In this document: piece after piece, positions 1 through 12,078 of the stretch
Numbering within the stretch: position 1 is the first letter of the stretch
Layout of the letters: each line of letters begins with the position of its first letter
Origin: Lingula anatina
Taxonomy: Eukaryota > Animalia > Brachiopoda
Assembly (NCBI GenBank): GCA_051362555.1
Contig: CM120642.1
Span: 7,626,001-7,690,000, forward strand
DNA: 64,000 nucleotides
Direction of reading: 5' to 3'
Position numbers and translations under genes: made by a program
Notes under the pieces: generated by a model
Told to the model about the DNA's origin: nothing
Database searches by the model: none
What the model saw: the letters and a program-made list of their open reading frames with translations, nothing else

Positions 1-63
1 CTCTCTAGACGCATCCGCTTTTATGCTCTTTATTTGCATAATGTGCTTGAAAGAAATCAGTTT

Positions 64-66
<3 letters not shown>

Positions 67-101
<35 letters not shown>
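67..101. repeat. (CA)n microsatellite
   Basis: Perfect CA run visible in the sequence. Confidence 0.95.
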
Positions 102-105
<4 letters not shown>

Positions 106-278
106 TATATATGACCTTAGTGCTGTATAATGAACAGCAGAAACGGTAAAAACATCAATATATACAACGCCTGTACATTGTCACCAGATACCGCTGGTGT
201 ATAATCTACAAAAAAGTGTTTACTGGAATTTGGTAATCTCTAACCATAGATTAGAACACCTTTTCCTTTCAATATTAA

Positions 279-881
279 TCAACTATCAGTCACTGAAAAG
301 GTGCAATATGCTGCATTCCACAGTTTTCCAAGTTGCAAGAGTCAGTTAAGACAAGACTAGAATGAAGATTACTGGATACAAGGGGTGAGTGGGTGGTGGG
401 GATCGCGCACTTGGACATTTCTGTTATATCGTACATGTATTTGCCGTGGCTCGAGCAAGGCGAAAAACCCATATTTATTGCATCCGTCCCCCTGCTTTTT
501 TTCAGTGATATTCTGGGTTTAGCACTGTGGCCATTCCAACTACCTCACTGCATGTATTACATTTTCGTGTTGTGAAGCTTTTAAACATTCATGGTGTGTC
601 AGTAACATTATTATAAAGCGGAAATCGATAAAATTCCTTTTCTATGGATAATTTGGGAAATTACATTTCCCAATGGACAAAATTATGATTTACAAACTCG
701 TTAAAGAGTTCTTGATTAATTATCTTTACCGACAATGTGAAATTCACTGGTTCCAATAAACATTACGAGAGTGACTCAAAATTAGACAAAAGGTTCATAT
801 ATCGCAATTTTGCAAAAAAAATTAAATTTTTGCAATAGAAAGGTCTAAAGCAAGTTGTAGTCCTTAAATACTAGTTACCCA

Positions 882-916
<35 letters not shown>

Positions 917-3484
917 ATACAGTCGACTTGCCTCCAGTGTAAGCACATCGTTCCCATGCATCAGAGATACCTTGCTGATCAAGCTCAACGTCATAAACTT
1001 GAATGCATCCAATTTTGCCTTCAAAGTAGTTGGAGGAGCTCATGCAACAGGCGCCATCTAATCGCCTTCCAATGTGGATACCATAGGTCGTTTCAATATC
1101 GTCGTGACTCACTGTCCTTTGAGCCTCGTGTATGTCATTGACGTATAATTTGAGTGCCCTGGACGAATGGTCAAAAGTGACCGCACATTTCGTCCACTGA
1201 TCTGTTGGCAGTGAACTTGTTCCAAGAGAAGTGGCATAACCTGGTGCGCCACGCGCAATGGGATAAACGCGGAACCCACTGTACTGCCAAATCATTAGGC
1301 CGTTCCGTACAGAACCTGACGGGTAATCATACTCAAATATAGGAAACCTGTTTCCAGTCGTCGGATACAAGTCCACCATGATGGTAAAACTCCTTCCGAC
1401 ATCTAAGGCGCCGTTATTGTTAGGTATAGTGATATAAGAACCGAGGGGAAACTGTAACGACTCCATGTCATTACCGTCCTGACCGGTGCTGAAATCTACA
1501 CTACCGTGGAATTGTATGTGGTTGCTGTTTCCAGATACATCATTTGCCTGAGATACAGCGTTGATCGGCCATAAACCAACAGGGACTGGAGGCTGCGTTG
1601 TAGTACATGAGCCTAAAACTTGAAATAACTCGCTAGTATTATTTTTAATTCATACAGGTAAATTTAGTAATATGTCACCAACTTACTAGAGAGATTTAGA
1701 CTCTAGGTTTCATCAGCACTGGATAGCACTATCCTATTGATACCAATATCCGCTAGATAAAATTGATATTCGGTGGACAGTTAGGCTTCGTTCACATGGA
1801 AAGTCTATTTTCTAAAAATCTATTTTCTATTCGGGGTATCTTATGATCACGGTCTGTGCCCTGAATATCCTGCGGCGTAATTACTGGCAGCGCGAGCCAG
1901 TTACTTTTACAAAGCTGAAATTAATTCTCGGCTGTGCTCGCATTCTATAAAATCTCATCCTCCGTTGCCGCATCGCTTGCCATCGGATCATGACGGTCGC
2001 ACTCGTATATGTCGTGTGTATAGCTTCTTCATCTTCTTCGTCTTGTTGTTGCACAAAATCCACAAACACATTTTTCAAAGCAACCGCGACCACCATTAAC
2101 TTTCTAACTTCCTACATGTACTGCGCATGCGTCAAGGTATCAGGATCTCCTCCGAGCACAGCCGAGAATTGCTTTGGAAGTAACTGGCTCGCGCTGCCAG
2201 TAATTACGCCGCGGGATATTCAGGGCACAGACCATGATCACAAGATATACCGCGAATAGAAAATAGATTTTTAGAAAATAGACTTTCCATGTGAACGAAG
2301 CCTTATTCTGTGAAAATAGTAATGTTTCACAAACTCTGGATACTTCTTTAATTTTATCTCTGATATTGGTAGCCAGTGGTTGAAAATAACTTTTATCTTC
2401 ATGATAACTGTCCAGAGGATAACAATTATATCCACTGGTCTGCGGTATCTTATTGCACTGCTTTAGTGTTGATGAAACTGGGTCTTGGTGTCTCTGGCCT
2501 CATTTGACTACCTCTTCAATGGAACGTTTTAACATTAAAATGTAGGAAAGGCTTCACTGAAATACTTTTAAAGACTATACCCTCTTGCAGTCAACAAAGT
2601 TTGTCAGAAAAAAGAAAATGTTATTCAAAATAATAACATATATGGAAAATAAACGTGCTTCATAAGTTCCATTGACTCTCTCCGTTGGTTGATTTCACCT
2701 TCATTTCACTTTCTACAAATTTCTTAAAGATTTTCTAAGGATGTAAGATAAAAGCGCCCTCTGTATCTCACTGGAGATGTATACGATTTGTATTTGTTCT
2801 TATATTTTACGTGAGCCAACCACTGAACTCTAATGAAAAGATGCTCCAGGGGAACGCACAAATGTAATAAATTGTCCTTTTCGCTCACTATATACAATGA
2901 GTCTACGTTAAAATAATGTAACAACAGAGCGTCTATAAAAAAATAAAAAAAATATTTTGGAGAAAAAAGGCTCTTTAATGAGGATAAAAACTGGTTTATG
3001 TATACACACACAAGGAAAATAATTAGTGCTAAAAACACACCTGGTTGCATGAGCACCAGCAATACAGCAAATAGGGATGTGAAATTTTAGAAAACAAACG
3101 TGAGGATTCCTCATCCTTATCCTCATCTCTGTTTTGTTGTCTAAGGTACCTCACAGGATGACTTGCAAATGAAATATTCTAATCAAAACAGTCAAAAACA
3201 GTCACCGCAATGTGCTTTTCTCGATTTGCCATTTTTTACTTCTCCACACTTTGTTACGCGCGTTTTTCTTCGATTCGCAAATAGTTTGGAATCGAGTGGG
3301 TATATGTTATTAATATGTGTAGACGAAAATTTGATTAATTTTCTGTTAAGAAAAAATGACTTCCACCAAAATCTCTTTTGAAAAGATTTTAATCATTTTA
3401 ATTATTTTTAATCATTAGTTTTGTCGGCCATTTCTTACCTGCAGCTTTCAGGAGTCCCAAAAAACATACACGAACGGATACCAT
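279..3484 (-). CDS. Secreted LamG/concanavalin-A/pentraxin-fold (Laminin_G_3-like) single-domain protein, about 246-258 aa
   Basis: Exon 3484-3439 (ATG, MVSVRVCFLGLLKAA, CAG|GTAAG, phase 1). Optional exon 3076-3041. Main exon 1612-932 (TTTTAG acceptor; PVGLWPINAVSQANDVSGN...SFTIMVDLYP...WTKCAVTFD...LKLYVND...IHIG...YFEGKIGCIQVYDVEL are LamG3-type motifs; ends AG|GCAAGT). Likely terminal exon 292-279 (TTTTCAG acceptor, VTDS-stop; AATAAA at 61-66). The terminal exon is the least certain part. Confidence 0.8.
881..918. repeat. (AAAT)n microsatellite
   Basis: Perfect AAAT run just inside the intron after the LamG exon; it encodes the FIYL repeats of ORF 864-1466. Confidence 0.9.
1698..2485. mobile_element. 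Old degenerate MITE with long imperfect terminal inverted repeats (host of the nested Harbinger MITE)
   Basis: Left AGACTCTAGGTTTCATCAGCACT...GATAAAATTGATATTCGGTGGACAGTTA matches the reverse complement of right TAACTGTCCAGAGGATAACAATTATATC...AGTGTTGATGAAACTGGGTCT, with mismatches. Confidence 0.5.
1784..2302. mobile_element. PIF/Harbinger-type MITE, 519 bp
   Basis: Near-perfect TIRs of about 130 bp (GGCTTCGTTCACATGGAAAGTC...GACTTTCCATGTGAACGAAGCC). TTA target-site duplication at 1781-1783 and 2303-2305. No transposase. Confidence 0.9.
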
Positions 3485-6041
3485 GTTTTTAGCCACTTTC
3501 CAGTCAACGTTGAATCATAACATGTGCCAGGCTTATTGTGATGCTGTCATAGAAGAATTCACCACTGTATAGTTCCTCCCAAACCAACTTCATTGGTACT
3601 GGTACATGCTGAATTAAAATGACCACTTCTAGGTCACTGTGACATTATCAGTTATTTGATGTTATTATCTTTATTCACAGTGTCTCTCTCTTCGACAAAT
3701 ATTTTGGTTTATGACACGGTATACCTATGTTTGTGTAATGCATATTTATATACAATTAGGAGTATTAAGTTGCAGAGCCGAATCCAATTTCGCTCATTTC
3801 ATCTGTTTGCAACGTATTATCCAATTAAGGCATATGCGCCAATTCCCAGATGGTGAAAAGAATTTCTCCACCTTGGACGTGCCACATTTTGATTTTTTAA
3901 TTTGATTAACGTTATGCATTTATGGGTGGTGACACTTGCTTTCAAACCCTTTATTATTCGTCGAAAGGGAAAATCAGGATATCTAAGTGCACCACAAGCA
4001 AATAGTCTCTAGTCTCAAATTTTAATGAATGGGTAAAAACACTTGAAAATGATAGGACCCATAACAAGAGGCGCAGTTTGTTTGACAGACGCGGTTAATT
4101 CTTTACGCTGACATTGATCTGTCTACCCGATTCTTTGCTGAGAAATTATTAATCTCCACATGGGTCGAATCGCACGGTTTATTTGACCAGCGTGTTGCTT
4201 TGCTGTATCGTTAAAGGATATGACAAGCACAATGACGCAAGAAGCTATTGCAATTTTGCTTTAGGCTATGCTGATATTTGATGATTCCCTGGGAAGAATG
4301 GGAAATTTAATTGTAGTTTTTCGTTTAGTCCCATTTAACAAACTGCATTCCCATTTTGCAATTCCACGATCGGTGTGACTAGAAACGGTTAGTAAAAAAT
4401 GTTACAAAACAAGAAGTCCACTTACAGAGACAGATCGAGCAATTATTAGTGAAAAGGTAATTATAAAACTGCTTTCTCCAAAGAAATTTAATTTGGAGTG
4501 AAAATCTAGTACACCCTTAGCATATCTTAATCATTTGAATATTGATGAAAATAGAATCAATTGCATGATATTAAGTTAGAATAATAAAGAAAGATATACA
4601 GACAGATAATCATATATATAAACACCGGCGGATCCAATTTCGTTGAGGGAAAGAATATTATAATCTATAGGGCACAGGAATGAAAAATTTGTTTAGTTTC
4701 AGTTGTTATACTTTCTTCTTTATTTTAACGGAGAAGAGGGTGGTGAAAAAATGCACCTCAAAACGTAAGGAAGGATTGCGTACTGGGTACCCACAAAGAA
4801 TGTGAACACTGCAGTGAAAAAAAATGCCAGCACGATTGAATACCACCTGGCATCAGAAGACAAATAACAAGGCGAATAACTGTCAGCCAAATATTTTATT
4901 GTAAGAATATTTAACAACAATAATTTCTGCATATTCAAAATCAGTTCCAATGAAAATGGATTAACCCGCAACACTGATGTCGGATTTTGGCGTCACAGTT
5001 TGTCTGTACTGTGAAATTTCAAAATTTTGTCTATAAAAATTTACACAAAATTATCTTTTTTATACAAACCTGACAGCATAAATGGTATCTAAAGTACCGT
5101 TTTTGTTTTAAAATTCTAATTTTGTTATTTCTATCAAACTGTAATTCTGCATTAATCAGACCTGATGTTTTTGGCAATTTTGTCAAAAAATGTACTCCCA
5201 TACCAGCTACATGATCTATTAACTGTAACAATGAAACATAGACACAATTTTCCCATCACCAGAAAATAATACTAATTCAAGAAACAATAAAGTACATGTA
5301 ATGCGTATTACACTGTAACTGTAAGAAACCTGAATAGCTGTTTGGAATGCTCTCAAGTATCAATTATCAATAACCTTCTGCAATATAATACCAGCTGCAG
5401 TTCCTTGATAACGATTCAGATAATTCTACAGCAATTTGTACAGAAATGTTCCTAATATCCAGACCAAGTAAGAACAGTGATTGTTAGGTAAAGAAAAAAC
5501 CATCACATTAAAAAAAACCCCATAGAATCCCCCAGATAGCAATATTTCAATATCAGTGATAATAACAATAAGTGTCATTATGATATAACAGCTTTTTAAA
5601 TAGTTCACAGAATTCTTCCAATTCACTTTTCAACTAACGTTAACATCAGTTTATGAACAAAATCCAAACCCCAGGTGTAAACTTTTAGGCAGAAAAATTA
5701 TCAAATGCAATGAATGCATGAAACTGTCCGCTGAGCTTCAAGTATAGTCCTTAAAGATATCATAATTGTCCGCGAGCATTTGGAAATGCTCAAAGGTGCT
5801 CAAATCCGTTCAAAGAATTTTGCCGAGTTCATACGTTATATCCCTTATACCACTGTCCTTAAACAACACCAAAGATGCATTGCAATTTTGTATTCGCGAA
5901 TAATAATCAAGCATAAATGTAAACACTATCCACACAGTTCCCAAGCAGGTTATGTAGATCAAGCGGTATTGCGTTATATCCGTGTATCATAAGTCCGTAT
6001 TCCGGTAGTTCTACACAAATCTAAGCGAATCATCGGACACC

Positions 6042-9000
6042 TCAGCACGGGTATCTGAAAGAAAAAACATATTGTGCTTGCAATATATTTATATCTTACA
6101 TATTCACATGTTGATTGAGCCTATACATGGAATACGCTTACTTAAAAATCGTTTAATTTAACTGCATTGTGTTACGAGTTCTTTTGGACCATGTACTCCG
6201 AAAATCAAAGCATAAAGCTTTAATCTCAATAGATAACAACCCAGGGATTGCTATGTTATTCTAATAAGTTTAAAAATCGTCAGACTGTGACATGAAATGC
6301 TACGATACACTAGGAAGAGAACAGCTAAACTGATTTGATTCAATTATCAAACTGTAACTATGCACTTACCCAGTTTTCAGGTTGACAGGGTCGTCCTTCA
6401 CGAGCCAGCTATCAGCAATCATCTGACTTCTGAAAATTTCTGGCCAAATATTCCTGACATCTCTTCCATCAGACAGTCTATAGTCGTCCATGGGATCTCC
6501 GTTGAAGTTCCCGCCGAGACCAGTCAGCTTTCCTCGGTACATCTTGGGCACTTCAATGTTAAGATAATATCTCCCCTTGCCGTCAGGGCGCTGCACAGTT
6601 ACCGTCAGGTTAACTAAGATGCCGGTTTCAAGACGAAGCACTGGTTCTCCAAGGGCCCTTTTCGGACCAAAAGGAAGGACGTTGGCCAAAACGTCTCGCT
6701 TGACCTTGAACATCCCGTCTGATATGGGGGCTGTCTGAGGCTGGCCATCAACCTGTTCAAAACCCACGAAGAAAAAAAAGTAATATAACTTAAACATTAA
6801 TAATTGTATACTTTCATAGCCGAAATATTTGTTCTTTGTAAGTTTCGCCCCGTACCAATTAAAGATAAGCTACATACTATTATTTAATTTCTTTACATTT
6901 ATCTTGCAATTTGAATACAACCAATAGCGACTGAGTGAATGTTTGAAGGCATAAGCTATGACAGTAAGTTTTACTGGTTTAAAAATACATTAAGCAGCAA
7001 ACTGCATACCAATAAATTTATTAGTTCGAATGCCAAATCGGCGCGATTATAAACCACAGGGGAAAGGAGCAGGTTTAACGTGATTACTTACAAATAATTC
7101 GCCACGAACATTCATCCTTACTCGTCGTTGACCAATGGTCATTTCGACGTCATCCAGATAGCTAGCAAGGTCAGCCTTGTGGATTGCGTTCATAGCAGTG
7201 ACAGTAAAAGGTGTAAGATAACCCTGGAATTAAAGAAAAAAAGATAAAATTTTAATTTTAAATAATGTAACACTCGTGTCTTTGCTTTTACTGCTATCAA
7301 CAGTGATGAGAGTCATCATGTTTTGCACAGATATTAAGAAATAAACTTTCCTTTCGTTTTGACATTCTTTTTCCATCGTAAATGCAAGAGTTTATAATCA
7401 GTCTTGTTTGGATTTCGAATGCACTCACTTCGATAACTGCAGCACTGATTCGACACAAAGGATCTCACGTCCATCATGTTTTCTCAGTAAATTGTTGCTC
7501 CTTTTGTTTTCATTTTGTCACTGCTTAGAACCTTTTATATTAATGTATCATACGGTCGTTTGTCGTAAAGACAATAACACTTGGAACTTACCGCGTAGCG
7601 GGGATCCGTTTGAGTGAGCGTGTAACGGCAAGGTCCATTGTAAGTGATCCTAGCTCCATCAAAGGTAACGAAGTGAGGGTCGCCATCTTGTGTTGAATCG
7701 GCTAAAACAATATTAAAATTCATTTTAATTTGTTACTCGACGTAAATTATAGACAAAACGACAATGAATTCATTACCTATACATGTATATTTATTAAACA
7801 CAATAAACAGTTGACCAAAAAATCGCATACAGTCCCTCTTGGCTAGCTATCGAAATCTTAAGCATCAACTTGAGTCAGTATTTATACTTTACACAAATTG
7901 TGGGCGTTTAGTAAGAAAGAACGAATAAGCAGTGTAGAAATAGCGTATACCGTGCGTTTGAATACCGTATGGGTGATTAAGGTGCGTAAATGTAATTGTA
8001 TCGTATGCACTGTATATCAACGCATGAGTACATTGAAATAATGTATACGTACGGTTGTAAACGTTATACTCTAATGTAAACCATTAGATGATGGAAAAGG
8101 GGAGATTGCACACGCTCAAAGTTGGGCGTATAATCGGTTTCACACACAATACTCATACGTTGCTAGATTGACAGGATCTTTAGTCGTGTGAGTTTGCCAT
8201 GAAATCCTCTGTTACTGAAACCAATGCATTTTAAACAGATGCTCCACTACAACTTACATCCTGGAGACGCACATATCTCAAAAGCCCTTCTGCACCAACT
8301 ATCTGTCATGGCGTCCATATGGGCTACATAAGCGCTGTGGGTGCCAATAAAAGCACGCCCTTCCTCGCAACATTCACAGGCGTCAATGAACGACTCGACA
8401 GCAGGATCAGTCTCATTAAAACCCTCCTCCACCAGTGCTTGTGCCCGGGTTGCACAGTCACGATGTTCATCACTTGAACCCAAGCCTTTGACATAGTTAA
8501 TCGTTATTATGGCTGAAATGAAAACAAGAATGAAGTTTGGGAATGCGGCCGATTTTAATTGCACAGGTACGGTGTAACGGTATGCAACCGATATCTGTTA
8601 AAGCTCATGTCGATAAACTGTTACTAATAATAGCGTAGTGAAAGCTTTTGTAATATTAGTATACTCCAAAATATATATAGCGACAGAATGTACAGCTATG
8701 ATGACAGCACAAACAAACAAACAAACAAACAAAAAATAAATAATTAACGGACAAACGAAATCTGTTGTATTGTCCAAAATATGCATTCAGGGGTGGTCAG
8801 GGGGGTCTTGACACCCCTCCCCCTTCGGTTTCTGGAAAAAAATCACACCACTATATTCTCCTTTTGATATGAGAATTTTGAAGATCTGAATCATAGTTCT
8901 AAACTGCACCAAATGGCGCCGTTTGCCCACCAAAACACCGAAACCCACACCAAGGGGGCAAGTGTCGTCTTCTCATCCGAGGCCTAGTCTCTCTTAAAAA

Positions 9001-11925
9001 ACTGGACCCCCTTCAAATAATCATGGATCCGCCCCTGGAACCTACAGTACGTGCACAGTACTCTGTGGACTTAGCACTGCTAAATTATGTAATTTGCGGT
9101 GATTTCATTGGGTATATCTTTCAGTAATAATTCAAGATCAATCCCATTTTGGTTGCCCTGAGTGGTCAGATTAGGTGCAATGGCATTGTAACAAATCTAT
9201 ACATCATCCGTTCTAGAAGAATGAAGACTCGCGTAAAAAATGCTAAACGATATAATCTAACCATGGATTAAATGATTTGTAGTTTGAAAACGCACTTTAG
9301 ATAAAATCTGCTTTGGTCTAGAATACAAGCTATTCCAACAAAACAAAAATATCCTTACGGTATTCCACACAGCATTGACTGAAGTACGTTCTACAGTCGT
9401 TATCTTCGGAAATTCTCGGTATGCGCGTCGAGCAAGGCTCTTCTGACGGTATCATTCCCAAAAGGCAACATTCACAAGCTTTTAGACTTAACGAATTCAG
9501 AATAGGCTGTATGGTGCCATCGTCGGTGCAGCTTCCGGCGTTCAATGCCTCGGTGAGTCCTGCTGTGTGAGCTGCCTCTATATCACTGGCCGCTGAAATA
9601 AATGGGAACTGGTTAAAAGAAACTTATTCTACAGATATTATATACCTGTACTTTCACCATCACCCAGTCCTTCAATTTATCAGTTAATATGCACACTTAT
9701 GCACACGTACAACCGCACACTTACACTTAAAAACTAGAGGATCAGAGAGGCTCCACCTCCTCCTGGTATTGTACCACCAGCGGGAGTAGGCGCTTCAAGT
9801 AGGAAGGAAGGTATGGATGATAGCGTATTAGTTGAGGAGAAGTAGGGTTGGGTAAATATAGGGATTGGGAGAAGTAGAATAAAGGTCAAATCAAATGTAG
9901 ATTAGCATGTTAAATGCGTGATTGTTTATGGAATATGCTTTTTTTACAAAACCCTGGGGAAAAGTAGGTCAGAGGTCAAATTCCAGGCCACAGTAAGATT
10001 CTTATATATGAAATTCTATCCAAGTTCAATAGTAACTATGGGTGTATCTCTGCCAGTTTTGGCGATAGGAGGGTCTGAAATTTTGTAAAATTCAGTTTAT
10101 GGTGAAAAGTAAAGCAAAATTCAAATTGCCATTATATGACTTCTTATTCAAGTTCAATAATAACTATGGGTATATCTTTGTCTGTAATGGAAATGTGCGG
10201 GCTGCAAATTGAAAAGTACAATTCTTAGTGAAAAGCAGGTCAAAGGTCAAAGTTACTTGACACGACGAAGATAGGCTATAGTGAAGAGGTTAGTGTCAAG
10301 TTATCTCTGAAGCTCAGGGTGCCCCAAGTGCACCTTCTCACCATAATATGAAAGCATAGAAGTCTTGTTTTTGTTGTTTTTGAAAAGTGGTACAAACAAA
10401 TCTTTCTTTGCAAAAAATTGTACACAATTTTTGGCCCCTTTGCCCTTGATATAACGATCAGAGGTCAAATTCAAGATCATATTTAAAATATGTACATAAG
10501 ACTTTCAATCAGATTTCTCTAGTATTTTTCCCATAAATACTTCGGTTCAGGAGATATTTGGCATTTAATTTTCCAAAATTTTGACAAGGGTGCACTGCGA
10601 CGAGCGTCACACCTAGGCCAATGCACCGACAGAACTCCAAATCTAGGGGGATCAAGTTGAGATTATATGTGGCCTAAATCCCAGAAATTGGGACGCAGGC
10701 ATTTGTAGTGTAAGAAAAGAAGCGGTAACGGCGACTTGTATCCGCCGACAAGACGCGGAGCCAGCGGAAGCCGACTTAAGCCGCACGAGACGGGTCGGGA
10801 CTAAAACAATGAGTATCACCAGCGCTCAGGCTGGATCAATAACGGAACATCTGTTTTGGCTTAGCTGTTGGGGGTGACAACGTTTTTGGATTTAGTCATA
10901 AACACCTTTTTTTCAATTGCTCTCCTTTTCTTTTAAATCAACCAGTATTTTTGTTCACTTACTTAAGTTTGAAGTGTCGTCCTCACAGCAAGCTAAGATG
11001 GTAGCTCTGGGGCAATCTGGATGCGCTGCAGCCTTCTCAGCACATATTCCTTGGCCAGTCTGCGCAGTCTCACAGCACTCACAACATATCGTGAAGGTAT
11101 TGTTATCGGAGCAGTATGAAGGTGCCTGGGAAGAAGTTCGCGCATCACAACTAGTACTGTCAATTTTCAGTCCCATTTCGCAGCAAAGTTCCTCTGTAAG
11201 TGTTAAAAACTTGTGATAAGGTAAGACACGATACCAGTGTCTAGAGAAATCTGTAATGTGATGGTATGGTCTTCTACACAAAACAGCAGAGGAAATCCAT
11301 TTGCAATTTTATAAATAAAATTTATCAAAAACATTCATACCGTTCACTTACGGCCAACCTGGACGTAGGCCTTCATCAGACTGATGTGAGTAGATGTCGA
11401 CACTCACTGACCGCTAGGTGGTCAGTTATGAACATTAAGCTAATGAACATTTTTGCCCATTTGCAATTTGTTCTGATGTGGATTTTTACTAAATCTAGGT
11501 CAATCCAGTTTTTTGGGAGGCAACGTGGGGATATGGTACAAATGCTTATTATGCAGATTGGCAATTTATGGTGCTGAGTACACCACGATATTGCAACTAA
11601 ACAGATTTATGTAAGTTGTTCTTGTAACATTACTACTGACTTTATTTTCCACTTAATTAATTCTAACAAATACGTAAGGCAACGCGGCTCGCAGAATTGC
11701 GGCTTGCAATTGAAAAGAAATTGAAAAAAACATACATAGCAAACATCAAATAAATAGATTTCTGAAAACCAGGCAAGATAGTAAATAGCGAATAACTACT
11801 TAATTTGGTTTTTCAACGTTTCGCTGCAGATACTCTTACATGTTGTCTAAATTGATATGTTCCCTGAGACAATATTGTATGTCCATTATGACTTATTTCA
11901 CGCGATGTTTCGTATGTGGTTGTGT

Positions 11926-11960
<35 letters not shown>

Positions 11961-11997
11961 AACCACCCCTTTTCCCACCCACCCTAAAAACGCTGAA

Positions 11998-12078
<81 letters not shown>

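Noticed and set aside
5-45. Alternative last exon for the LamG gene (AHYANKEHKSGCV-stop)
   Set aside because: Weaker AAG acceptor, and it lies beyond an AATAAA. The 292-279 exon is preferred, though neither is proven.
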